Assembly: GCA_036679065.1 (NCBI GenBank)
Contig: JAZIGN010000003.1
Location: forward strand, 609,853-673,852
Direction: 5' to 3'
Source: Coprothermobacterota bacterium
GTDB taxonomy: Bacteria; Coprothermobacterota; Coprothermobacteria; Coprothermobacterales; Coprothermobacteraceae
DNA length: 64,000 nucleotides
This document shows, piece after piece, positions 29,097 through 38,698 of the stretch. How positions within the stretch are numbered: the first letter of the stretch is position 1; each line of letters starts with the position of its first letter. The notes under the pieces are model-generated. The model saw only the letters and a program-made list of their open reading frames with translations. It searched no databases and was not told the origin of the DNA. The translations under genes and the position numbers were made by a program.

Positions 29097-29585
29097 TTAT
29101 TCTCTATTACCCAGCTCATGATCCAGCATAAACAAACCTGCTGGCTCATCCTTTATCATTTCAAGCTTCTTCACTATGCGATCAGCCTGGGCTTCTTCTT
29201 CTACCTGCTCCTTGACATACCACTGTAAGAACTCCATGGTGCCGTAGTCTTTTGCTGACTGTGCAATTTCGAGTAGGCCGTAAATTGACTGTGTGATAAA
29301 CTTTTCGTGGTCATAAGCGTCCTGGAAAGCTCTCAGTGGTGATTCCCATGTTTGCTGAGGCTTGTCAATGGCCATCAGTTCCACTTGGCCTCCCCGTTCT
29401 AGCACGTAATTGAATAGCTTCATGGCGTGGTTCAATTCTTCGCCAGCTTGAGCTGTCATCCATTTAGCAAAACCAGAAAGGTTTTTGGATTCAAAATCAG
29501 CTGCCATTGACAAATACAAGTAAGCTGAGAAAAGTTCTTTGTTTATTTGTTCGTTTAAAGCTTTTTCTACTGTTTCTGTAAGCAT
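29097..29585 (-). CDS. ftnA: Non-heme ferritin
   Basis: ALNEQINKELFSAYLY, EELNHAMK, HEKFIT, FLQWYVKEQVEEE; ATG 29585 after GGAGG. Confidence 0.92.
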   Translation of the reverse strand: MLTETVEKALNEQINKELFSAYLYLSMAADFESKNLSGFAKWMTAQAGEELNHAMKLFNYVLERGGQVELMAIDKPQQTWESPLRAFQDAYDHEKFITQSIYGLLEIAQSAKDYGTMEFLQWYVKEQVEEEAQADRIVKKLEMIKDEPAGLFMLDHELGNRE

Positions 29586-29601
29586 GTTAATTTGCCTCCC
29601 T

Positions 29602-30063
29602 TTAGCCTTGTTCCAAGGCTTTGACAATTTCCTCATAAGGTGGTTCTTTGCCAGGGTCTTCGCTCACCCACGCGTAAGTCACTGCACCGTCTTCAACGAT
29701 GAATACTGCTCTTTTGGCTGCCGTATAGTTAGGAACGCCTGCGAAATCTGTGTGAACTCCACCGTACTGCTTTGCCACTTCTCCACCAAAGTCAGACAGC
29801 AGAGGGAACTCAATGCCGTTGTGCTCTGCAAAAGCCTTATTCGCAAATGGGGTGTCAACGCTGATGCCCAGCACTTTCGCGTTAAGTTCATTAAACTTTG
29901 CCATCATGTCTCGGAACGTGCACATTTCCTTCGTGCACACGCCGGTAAATGCACCAGGGTAAAAAGCCAGAACGACTTTACCCTTAAGTGATGACAATTT
30001 AACTTTCTGCAAATTATGGTCTACCAATTCAAAATCTGGTGCTGAACTTCCCACTGTTAGCAT
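29602..30063 (-). CDS. Peroxiredoxin (BCP/PrxQ-like)
   Basis: FYPGAFTGVCTKEMC (PxxxTxxC plus CxxxxC), LLSDFGG; ATG 30063. Confidence 0.9.
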   Translation of the reverse strand: MLTVGSSAPDFELVDHNLQKVKLSSLKGKVVLAFYPGAFTGVCTKEMCTFRDMMAKFNELNAKVLGISVDTPFANKAFAEHNGIEFPLLSDFGGEVAKQYGGVHTDFAGVPNYTAAKRAVFIVEDGAVTYAWVSEDPGKEPPYEEIVKALEQG

Positions 30064-30164
30064 ATTTTTATCACCTCTATTTAAGAGGTACCCAAAATCC
30101 TGCACACTTATTCTTTACGGTGCATGCGAAAATATGTTCTAAGACAGGAGGTGCTTTGTGCTTT

Positions 30165-31022
30165 ATGAATGAGACCTTAGATGTGGTTCTTCAGTTCCAA
30201 CGCAATGAAATTACCGAAGCTCAGGTTTATGGCTTTTTGAGTAAGCTTGCAAAAGGCAAGAACAAAGAGGTTTTAAACCAAATCCGAAGCGACGAGCTCA
30301 GGCATTATCAAATGTGGCGCGAAATAAGCGGTCAGGACGTAAGTACAAACTGGTGGAAGGTGTTCTACTATTCCTTACTTGCTCTCATTTTTGGCGTCAC
30401 CTTTACCATCAAGCTCATGGAGAAAGGTGAACAGAATGCCGAACTTGCCTACAAAGGCATATCCACTCAATACGCTCAAGCAGAGGCAATTTACAAAGAT
30501 GAAGAGAAACATGAAGAAACTCTTTATCAGCTTATCGAGGAAGAGAAACTGTCCTATCTGGGTTCCATTGTTTTGGGTTTAAATGATGCATTGGTGGAAA
30601 TTACCGGCACTTTGGCAGGATTAAGTTTTGCTTTAAGAGTATCTCAAACTGTGGGCATAGCGGGGCTAATTACCGGAGTCGCTGCTTCTCTTTCCATGGC
30701 GGCTTCAGAGTACCTCTCTCAGGTGGCTGATAAAAAGCCCAATCCCATAAAAGCATCCGTTTACACACTTATTGCCTATTTTGTTGTGGTATTGGCCCTT
30801 GTGCTTCCGTACTTCTTCATCGCTAACGCCGTTACTGCTTTCATGGTAACGGTGGGCATTGGACTGCTTGTGGTAGTTTACTATGCCGCTTTTGCATCTG
30901 TTATCCACGAGAAGTCTTTTGGAGGTACTTTCCTGCAAATGCTATTGGTCGTACTCGGAGTCTCTCTGATATCCTTCGGCATAGGGGAAATCGCACGACG
31001 GGTATTTGGCATTTCGGTTTAA
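30165..31022 (+). CDS. Ferritin-like/rubrerythrin domain fused to a VIT1/CCC1 iron transporter
   Basis: ExxH pairs (DELRH, DEEKH), then VLGLNDALVE, ASLSMAASEYLS and TM helices. Confidence 0.85.
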   Translation: MNETLDVVLQFQRNEITEAQVYGFLSKLAKGKNKEVLNQIRSDELRHYQMWREISGQDVSTNWWKVFYYSLLALIFGVTFTIKLMEKGEQNAELAYKGISTQYAQAEAIYKDEEKHEETLYQLIEEEKLSYLGSIVLGLNDALVEITGTLAGLSFALRVSQTVGIAGLITGVAASLSMAASEYLSQVADKKPNPIKASVYTLIAYFVVVLALVLPYFFIANAVTAFMVTVGIGLLVVVYYAAFASVIHEKSFGGTFLQMLLVVLGVSLISFGIGEIARRVFGISV

Positions 31023-31051
31023 AGAAGTAAAGAATTTGCAACGTTGCAGGA

Positions 31052-32248
31052 TTACCAGCTATTTAAGTAGTACCAGTTGTCTTGAGGCAGTACAGGCTCG
31101 TGGTAGCGATCGTTGGTATGGGCGTCAGTGAGTATCTCAATGGTGTCATTTCTGACTACTATCATGGTATGACCTTGGTCAGCCATCATGAGGCCTCCTG
31201 CTCTTATCTCCCAGCTTTTCACTGAGCGAGCGACCTTCTTCTGCTGAAGTAAATAACGCCTCAAGCCTGAAGAGCTTGTCCATGCCCAGCCATTTGAGCT
31301 ATCTTTTAGCCGTTGCCATTTCCCGGGTTCTACTGGCAGTCCTGCGTAGTTCAAGGCTTGAGAAGCAAAGTCTGCACAATCCGTACTGCAAAGAAAATCA
31401 TAGTAAGGCCACTGCTGGTTATTCCACTTGCTCTTGTCGTTGGCAATGGTAGTTCCTGGGCACATTGTGGTCGCATTACTGGTGTATTTATCGGCGTACT
31501 GCACAACTTTCCAGGGGTCGTAGTACATCTTTTTCAGGGGCACAGTGGTTCCGTTCAACACCCTCTGCATGCTTTGTTTACCCAGGTCGTACATGGTTTG
31601 AGCGGGTAGGGGTTTGAAGTCTTTAAGTTCTATTCGCTGGTATTGAGGTTGTTCCACCAACACCTTCAAGTTGTTTGAGTCAATGGTAAGTGAGGCTGTT
31701 AAGGGTGCAGTCACATACATGAACAGGTAACTGTCATAGCTCTTACCAATATATCTTGTGAGTTCATCATATGTTCTGTCCAGGTAAGTCACCACGTTTG
31801 TCACTGTTGATGGAGGAAGATTCTTGTTTTTCTGTTTTATGAGTTCCACCTTCTGTTCCTGCGGTTGCGAGTACGGATAAGTCTGCAACCCTAAAGCGCT
31901 TAGGGCTCCTCTAATGAAGGGTAGCTCGTCCACGGTTTCATACTTTAGTGTCTTGACAACCTTCATAAGCACTGTCGCCGTATACACATTATTCTTTGTG
32001 GTCTCGCTCGAGAAGGTCAAAGAGACGTCATCCACCTCGTAGAAAGTCTCATAGTTTCTCTTGTATGTATCAGTGACATATTGCTTCAGGGTATCTTGTG
32101 GTGTCAGCACAATTGGCTGGTTTGACTGTGTCCCGCCTCCTTCAGCTGTGCTACTATGCCAGACTGTGGTGTTGCCTGAAAGAGTGGCACTGCATCCAGA
32201 AAGAACAAGCAGAGACAAACATAAAACAGCAACTATCTTGCTCTTCAT
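31052..32248 (-). CDS. Lipoprotein with C-terminal Amidase_6-like (CHAP/NlpC-type) domain
   Basis: Lipobox LSGC; YADKY...DCADFASQAL...GHTMIV...AHT. Confidence 0.75.
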   Translation of the reverse strand: MKSKIVAVLCLSLLVLSGCSATLSGNTTVWHSSTAEGGGTQSNQPIVLTPQDTLKQYVTDTYKRNYETFYEVDDVSLTFSSETTKNNVYTATVLMKVVKTLKYETVDELPFIRGALSALGLQTYPYSQPQEQKVELIKQKNKNLPPSTVTNVVTYLDRTYDELTRYIGKSYDSYLFMYVTAPLTASLTIDSNNLKVLVEQPQYQRIELKDFKPLPAQTMYDLGKQSMQRVLNGTTVPLKKMYYDPWKVVQYADKYTSNATTMCPGTTIANDKSKWNNQQWPYYDFLCSTDCADFASQALNYAGLPVEPGKWQRLKDSSNGWAWTSSSGLRRYLLQQKKVARSVKSWEIRAGGLMMADQGHTMIVVRNDTIEILTDAHTNDRYHEPVLPQDNWYYLNSW

Positions 32249-32361
32249 AAATCCAGTTTATCATGTAAGGCTGTTCAAAGCACTACTAAGAACAAACTGT
32301 TTTGATTGAATACACTTAAGCCGGCCAAGGTATATCTTTCATTATGGAGGTGAACTTTTAC

Positions 32362-33501
32362 ATGGTGAACTTTACGTTCCATACCCCGACGAAGGTTCTG
32401 TTTGGTGTGGGCAGGATAAAGGAAATTGGATCCGAAATTAAGAAATTCCAAGTGCGGAAAGTGTTGTTGGTTGCTGGTGGTGGATCCATTAAGAATAATG
32501 GAGTTTACGACGCTGTCACTGAGTCACTCCGCGAGCATGGGGTCGAGTGGATTGAGCTTTGGGGCGTGGTTCCCAATCCAGTGCTCAGCAAGGTCATGGA
32601 AGGCATTTCTTTAGCTAAGCAAAATGGAGTGGACGGGGTACTGGCTGTGGGCGGTGGGAGTGTGATTGACACCGCAAAAGCCATCGCTTCAGGCCTCTAC
32701 CTGAAAGATGTTTGGGCTTCCTTCTTGGGAAAAGAGAAAATCACGGAGGCTCTTCCGGTTTTTGTCGTGTTAACCATTTCTGCTACTGGGTCCGAGTCTA
32801 ACGGTAACTTTGTCATCACGAACGAGGAAACCAAACAGAAACTTGGTAATCATAGTCCTTTGGTTTATCCCAAAGTGAGCATCATCGATCCTTCAGTACA
32901 GCGCACACTTCCCTGGAACCAAACGGCTAACGGTGCTTCGGATGCGTTGGCTCACATCATGGAGAGCTACTTCAGTGGTGGTGGCAGTGAAACTACGCTT
33001 TACGTGGATGAGGCACTTAGTAAAGCCATCATTGATGCCACCGATAAGCTCATGCTCAATGAGGATGATTTGGAAGCCAGAGCAAACTTAGCTTGGGCAG
33101 CTACGCTGGCTTTGAACGGTGTAAGTGCTTCACAGCTCAAAGGCGACTGGGCAAGCCATGACATTGAACATGCCATCAGTGCCCTGCACCCTGAAGTTGC
33201 ACATGGCGCTGGCCTTGCTGTTGTATTTCCTGCCTGGATAACCTATGTCTGGAAAGAAAATGAACTCACTTTTAGGCGGTGGGCGAGAAACGTCTGGGAC
33301 ACTGACGACGTACTAACTGCAGTGGAAAGGCTAAAATCCACTTACAAGAGATGGGGGCTCCCCGTCACTCTGAGGGAATTAAGCCTTAGCAAGAATGAAA
33401 TTCCAGCCATTGCACAAAATGCTACACAGCTGGGTAAGGTGGGGACTGTAAAAGAACTCAACCAGGAGGATGTGGAGAAGATTCTGGACTTAGCTTACTA
33501 A
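32362..33501 (+). CDS. Iron-containing alcohol dehydrogenase (BdhA/YqhD-like)
   Basis: GGGSIK, AVGGGSVIDTAK, ATGSESN, DALAHIME, HDIEH, HGAGLA. Confidence 0.9.
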   Translation: MVNFTFHTPTKVLFGVGRIKEIGSEIKKFQVRKVLLVAGGGSIKNNGVYDAVTESLREHGVEWIELWGVVPNPVLSKVMEGISLAKQNGVDGVLAVGGGSVIDTAKAIASGLYLKDVWASFLGKEKITEALPVFVVLTISATGSESNGNFVITNEETKQKLGNHSPLVYPKVSIIDPSVQRTLPWNQTANGASDALAHIMESYFSGGGSETTLYVDEALSKAIIDATDKLMLNEDDLEARANLAWAATLALNGVSASQLKGDWASHDIEHAISALHPEVAHGAGLAVVFPAWITYVWKENELTFRRWARNVWDTDDVLTAVERLKSTYKRWGLPVTLRELSLSKNEIPAIAQNATQLGKVGTVKELNQEDVEKILDLAY

Positions 33502-33648
33502 CTCTTAGGAGTCGCACTCGAACCACGCGTACGCGAATGCCACCTAAAAGGTGGCTGAGCGGTGTGCTTATCACGGGCGAGAGCGTAATATGGTATTCAA
33601 AAGTACTGTACAGGGGAGGAAAAGCGTTTAGAATATAACTATACGGAT

Positions 33649-35988
33649 ATGAAAGACAAAGAACTTACGCCCATGGCTGCTCAGTACTGGGAACTGAAGC
33701 AGGAAGTGGGTAACGACATACTTTTAGCCTTCCGCCTGGGTGATTTTTATGAGTTTTTTTATGACGATGCTGTGAAAGCGTCAGAGGTTCTGCAGATCGT
33801 ACTAACATCCAGGGAGTTTGGGAAGGGCAACAGGGTGCCCATGTGCGGTGTCCCTCACCATGCTTTTGAATCCTATGTAAGTAGGTTGGTGAATGAAGGC
33901 TTCAAAGTAGCTGTATGCGAGCAGATGGAAGATCCCAGAAAAGCTAAAGGGTTGGTAAAGCGAGACATCATAAGGATTTATACGCCCAGCACATTCGTGG
34001 AAGGAACCCAGGAGCATGTATGGTTGGCCATACTCCGCGTAAAACATCAAATGTTTGAGCTGTTGTTCTTGGATGTGAGCACTGGTGACTTCATGTTGGA
34101 GAAAATACCTGTCACTGAAGGCACCACCGCAGTGGAAGACTTCTTTTACACGTTCACCCCGAGGGAGCTCCTCGTACCAAATACGTCAGCTGATAACCCA
34201 CTAATCAAAAAACTACTGGAAAAGCTCTACAGCTTGGTGGTCACCGTAGTGGATGATGCTCCCAGCTTGGAAGAGATCGGTAAACGCTACCTGATGCAAC
34301 TAAAAGCCAGTACGGAACTGCATCTGAGAAGCCAAGAGCAGGAGCATATGCAAATTCCACCTGAAGCGGTTAGGGCGTTGGAGCTGGTTTACAATCCTGT
34401 GACTAATTCTAAGAAAGGCTCTCTTCTGGAGTTACTTGACAACACCTTCACAGCCATGGGTCACAGGGAACTGTACAGGCGTCTCATAGCACCTTGGTCA
34501 AATATTGATGAAATCAATAGCCACTTAAACTTAGTTGAGTTTTTTGTCATGCATCCTTCGGTTTTGGAGGATGTGCGTATGAAGCTCAAAGGGATTGCGG
34601 ATCTTGAAAGAATTTGCAGTGTGATTCTGGAAGGCAACAATGTCAAGGTGAAACACCTGTTGGACGTGAAAGAAGGTTTGCGGCGTTACGAACAGTTTCT
34701 TTCTTCTGAGGTGCTGGATCTGGTAAACAAACCCGCCCCTGACGTGACTGAGGTACTTAAGCTGCTTGACGAAAGCCTGACTGGTGTGGATGCAGAAGTG
34801 GGTTCAGGTGACGTTATCAAGGCTGATTGGAACGAAGACTTCAGGGAATTGCTTTCATTTGCCAGGGAAAGTCAAAAGTGGTTAGCTGACTTTGAAAACA
34901 GTGAAAAGGAGACCACAGGCATAAAGAATCTGAAGGTGGGATACAATGACACCTTTGGCTACTACATTGAGGTTCCCAAATCCAGGTCCAAAGACGTGCC
35001 GCCCTATTACATGAAAAGACAAACTTTGGTAAACGCTGAGCGTTTTGTGACTAAGGAACTGTTGGAATTTGAATCTCGGGTGCAGGATGCCTACGGCCGC
35101 ATTGAAGAAAAAGAGAAAGAACTCTTTTCCTTTTTAGTATCGAAGCTGGCTGAAAATGTTTCAGTTCTGCGTAGTGTAGCTGAGTGGCTGGCTTATTTGG
35201 ACGTGGCAACATCACTAAGCCTGACAGCAAGAAAAATGGGCTGGACAAGGCCTAAAGTCGTGCCTCAGAGAACACTCAAGATTAAAAATGGTAAACATCC
35301 CGTGGTGGAGTGGTACAGTGACGCTCCTTTTGTGCCGAATAGTTTGGAGCTGGACGACAACGTGCGTACGGCTTTGGTAACTGGGCCTAACATGGCTGGA
35401 AAGTCAACTTTCCTGAGGCAAACCGCCATCATCGTACTACTAGCCCACATGGGGAGTTTTGTCCCTGCTGAGGAAGCAGTTGTGCCTCTGACTAAGAAAA
35501 TATTCGCTCGTATGGGCGCTGCTGATGAGATCATTTACGGACGCAGCACGTTCATGGTGGAGATGACGCAAATAGCGCGCATTTTACGTGAAAGTGATGA
35601 GTACTCTTTGGTGGTCATGGATGAAGTGGGGAGAGGTACTGCTGTGGCTGATGGGTTAGCCATTGCCTGGGCTGTCATCAAGGAACTCTCCATGAGAAAG
35701 CGTAAGCCTTTTGCGCTTATTTCCACTCACTACCCAGAAATAGCAGAGCTTTCTGCTGATCTCCCGGTGCTCTTCTTGGCTGCACAAGTAGCTGAGACTG
35801 AAGAAGGGCTCACCTTTCTTTACAGAATCGAACAAGGTGTGTCTGATAAAGCCTATGGGTTGGAGGTAGCGGCTTTGGCTGGTGTGCCTCCCCACGTACT
35901 AAGCGAAGCCAGTAAGGTGTTTCAAAAACTAAGTAGTCAGGAGTTATTCCAGAAACCGGAGGCAAAACAGATGAGGTTGTTTGAATAA
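33649..35988 (+). CDS. mutS: DNA mismatch repair protein MutS
   Basis: FRLGDFYE, GPNMAGKS, STFMVEM, DEVGRGT, C-terminal clamp motif QMRLF. Confidence 0.95.
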   Translation: MKDKELTPMAAQYWELKQEVGNDILLAFRLGDFYEFFYDDAVKASEVLQIVLTSREFGKGNRVPMCGVPHHAFESYVSRLVNEGFKVAVCEQMEDPRKAKGLVKRDIIRIYTPSTFVEGTQEHVWLAILRVKHQMFELLFLDVSTGDFMLEKIPVTEGTTAVEDFFYTFTPRELLVPNTSADNPLIKKLLEKLYSLVVTVVDDAPSLEEIGKRYLMQLKASTELHLRSQEQEHMQIPPEAVRALELVYNPVTNSKKGSLLELLDNTFTAMGHRELYRRLIAPWSNIDEINSHLNLVEFFVMHPSVLEDVRMKLKGIADLERICSVILEGNNVKVKHLLDVKEGLRRYEQFLSSEVLDLVNKPAPDVTEVLKLLDESLTGVDAEVGSGDVIKADWNEDFRELLSFARESQKWLADFENSEKETTGIKNLKVGYNDTFGYYIEVPKSRSKDVPPYYMKRQTLVNAERFVTKELLEFESRVQDAYGRIEEKEKELFSFLVSKLAENVSVLRSVAEWLAYLDVATSLSLTARKMGWTRPKVVPQRTLKIKNGKHPVVEWYSDAPFVPNSLELDDNVRTALVTGPNMAGKSTFLRQTAIIVLLAHMGSFVPAEEAVVPLTKKIFARMGAADEIIYGRSTFMVEMTQIARILRESDEYSLVVMDEVGRGTAVADGLAIAWAVIKELSMRKRKPFALISTHYPEIAELSADLPVLFLAAQVAETEEGLTFLYRIEQGVSDKAYGLEVAALAGVPPHVLSEASKVFQKLSSQELFQKPEAKQMRLFE

Positions 35989-37613
35989 TGATAAAAGAAC
36001 TACCACTGGAAGTCAGATCTAAAATTGCAGCCGGAGAAGTCATAGAACGTCCAGTGTCTGTGGTCAAGGAACTGGTGGAAAATGCCCTGGATGCAGGTGC
36101 TACTGACATAAGGGTTTCAGTCATAAATGGTGGCTTGGACGAAATTGTGATCAGTGATAACGGTTGCGGCATTCCCTTCGTAGAATTGCCCTTAGCTGTA
36201 CAGCGTTTTACTACGAGCAAGATTGGATCCGTGGAGGATTTAGACAGTATTATTACACTGGGATTCCGTGGTGAGGCTTTAGCTAGTATCGCTGACGTGG
36301 CTGATTTGACCATTTTCAGCTCCGATGGTGAAACCTCAGGTGAGATCCAAGTGAGGGGTGGCGAGCTTGTTCTGTGTAAGCCCGTAGCATCACCGAAAGG
36401 TACTCGGGTCATCGTACGGGATCTATTTTTCAATCTGCCGGGCCGGAGGAAATTTCTCCGCGCTGCGTCCACCGAGTTTTCCCACATTCAGAAATTCCTT
36501 CAGTCCATGGCACTCATCTATCCCAACGTGCAGTGGACGTTTACTAGCGAGAAAGGTGTGATCTGGCATCTCCCCTTAGAGCTGCCCGCTGAGGAACGGT
36601 TCTACAGTTTGTTTGGGCAAAAAGCGCAGTTCCATGCTTTCTCAGCTCCACAGGGGAATCTGGACATTTACTTAAATCCCAATGTGGTGGGTGAGCTTGT
36701 CTTATCAGTAAATGGTCGGCTAATAAAAGGTTCCGCCTATTTCCAAGTGCTTCGCATACTACGAGACATGTGGGGAGGAGCGAACTTGCCTGTCATGGTT
36801 CTTCGGCTTAAGGTGGAACCTGATCAGGTGGACGTTAACGTGCACCCTCAAAAATTGGATATAAGGTTTAAGTCTCAGGGGTGGCTCAGGGAAACCTTGC
36901 AAAAGCTCATGATGCAAATCAGGACTGGACACGTAGGCATGGACATGGTTCCCGGATATGGTGGCGAAATGCCAAGTTCAAACTCCGAGCTGTGGGCTGG
37001 CAGTTCTACTGATTCAAGTCTCCTACTGGGTGAGCAGGTTCGTGAAAACTATGCATTGTTTCCCGAAAAAGTGTCACAAAACCAGGTAGAGGGTAGCATT
37101 TACTCGAAGGGGCTTGAGATTAAGGACTATCTTTATGACACGTACATTCTTGTAAAAAGAGACGGTATTTATGAACTCTGGGATCAGCATGCCGTGAATG
37201 AAAAGATTAATTACTGGAGACTCTCCAATCTGTACGGAGTGCAGTTCTTGTTGGAGCCTTTGTTCTGTGGTCTGGATGAGGAGACGGCGCAGGCTTTAGC
37301 AGATATGGGTTTTGAACTGCAGCAGGTTAGGGGTGGCTTCCTCATTAAGGCTGTACCCTCTCTGCTTTTACTTAGCCGTTCTTTGGACGTTGTCATTAAT
37401 GATCTGCAAAGCTTAAGGGGCAACGTTGATAAGGCGAGAGCAGACCTGGCTTGTAAATCAGCTGTGAAAGCTGGGCAGAAGCTCTCACCCATGGAAATAG
37501 AAGCACTGGTTGTTGAGGGTTTGAAAGTACTGGACGTGAGCTATGATCCACATGGCAGACCTGCGGTGGTCAAACTGGATGAAGCACTCATAGAGAGGTT
37601 GTTTAACAGATGA
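35988..37613 (+). CDS. mutL: DNA mismatch repair protein MutL
   Basis: IAAGEVIERP, KELVENALDAGA, GFRGEALAS, DVNVHP, DQHA, ACK, PHGRP. Confidence 0.93.
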   Translation: MIKELPLEVRSKIAAGEVIERPVSVVKELVENALDAGATDIRVSVINGGLDEIVISDNGCGIPFVELPLAVQRFTTSKIGSVEDLDSIITLGFRGEALASIADVADLTIFSSDGETSGEIQVRGGELVLCKPVASPKGTRVIVRDLFFNLPGRRKFLRAASTEFSHIQKFLQSMALIYPNVQWTFTSEKGVIWHLPLELPAEERFYSLFGQKAQFHAFSAPQGNLDIYLNPNVVGELVLSVNGRLIKGSAYFQVLRILRDMWGGANLPVMVLRLKVEPDQVDVNVHPQKLDIRFKSQGWLRETLQKLMMQIRTGHVGMDMVPGYGGEMPSSNSELWAGSSTDSSLLLGEQVRENYALFPEKVSQNQVEGSIYSKGLEIKDYLYDTYILVKRDGIYELWDQHAVNEKINYWRLSNLYGVQFLLEPLFCGLDEETAQALADMGFELQQVRGGFLIKAVPSLLLLSRSLDVVINDLQSLRGNVDKARADLACKSAVKAGQKLSPMEIEALVVEGLKVLDVSYDPHGRPAVVKLDEALIERLFNR

Positions 37614-38683
37614 GAGCGGTTATTGCTTATTTGCTACATAACCACATAGACAGCGCCCTTCTGGATTACGACATTCAGGAGATCAAAGAACTTGCAAAAG
37701 TTATCGGATTTGAGGTTGAGTCAGTAGTCATTCAAAAGAGGGAGCCTGATGTTAAGTACTTTATGGGGGAGGGCAAGGTAAAGGAGCTCTCTGCCATGGT
37801 TAAGGATTTGGGTGTGGATGCGGTCATATTCAATGAAGAACTCTCCCCAAGGCAAGTAAGGGCATTGGAGTCAATGCTTGAACCTGCTCAGGTGTGGGAC
37901 AGAACACAGGTCATTTTGGAAATCTTCCGAAGGCGTGCTGTGACAAAAGAAAGTAAACTTCAGGTGGAATTGGCTGGGTTGAATTACTTGTATCCAAGGA
38001 TTTACGGATTAGGTGGAGTCATGTCTCGTTTGGGTGGAGGAATTGGTACCAGAGGACCTGGTGAAACCAAGCTGGAGATCCTAAAACGTGTAATCAGAGG
38101 ACGCATAAGGAAACTGGAAAAAGAGCTCAAGGAAGCTGAGGCTCGTAGAGTCACTACGAGCAAACAAAGAGTTCGTAATACCATGCAAGTATCTATTGTG
38201 GGTTACACCAATGCTGGTAAGTCCACATTGCTTAACGCCTTTTCGAAAACGTCAAAGCCTAGTTACGCTGATGATAAAGTTTTTGCCACGCTGGACACTC
38301 GACACCGACGGTTTCTTAACCTGGAAGGCAAACCAGTAATCTTGGTAGACACTGTTGGTTTTGTCAATTTCATGCCTGAAAAAGTATTGGACGCTTTTAA
38401 GTCCACCTTAGAAGTGATTCGTTACAGCGACCTCATACTCCATGTTATTGACCTTAGCAGCCCCATCATGGATGAGCAGGAAAGAACAGTCATGCGCATT
38501 CTCGAAGAACTAGGTGCGGGCGACAGACCCGTGATTAAGGTGTATAACAAGCTAGACCTGTACAAGGGCCCCGTATTACAAGACGGTATTTCCATTTCTG
38601 CCCTGAAGGGAACTAATCTGGATGAGCTAAAGAATGCTGTGGTTTCAGCTTTACTAACTGTGGATAACGACGCTGTCACTTAG
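37610..38683 (+). CDS. hflX: GTPase HflX
   Basis: GGGIGTRGPGETKLE, GYTNAGKS, FATLD, DTVGF, NKLD. Confidence 0.95.
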   Translation: MRAVIAYLLHNHIDSALLDYDIQEIKELAKVIGFEVESVVIQKREPDVKYFMGEGKVKELSAMVKDLGVDAVIFNEELSPRQVRALESMLEPAQVWDRTQVILEIFRRRAVTKESKLQVELAGLNYLYPRIYGLGGVMSRLGGGIGTRGPGETKLEILKRVIRGRIRKLEKELKEAEARRVTTSKQRVRNTMQVSIVGYTNAGKSTLLNAFSKTSKPSYADDKVFATLDTRHRRFLNLEGKPVILVDTVGFVNFMPEKVLDAFKSTLEVIRYSDLILHVIDLSSPIMDEQERTVMRILEELGAGDRPVIKVYNKLDLYKGPVLQDGISISALKGTNLDELKNAVVSALLTVDNDAVT

Positions 38684-38698
38684 TGACAATCGCTCATT

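Noticed and set aside
33508..33540. tRNA-like GGTTCGAGT on the minus strand
   Set aside because: No T-stem pairing, anticodon arm or acceptor stem.
35810..36487. 225-aa minus-strand ORF and many similar antisense ORFs in the track
   Set aside because: Shadows of well-supported genes on the opposite strand.
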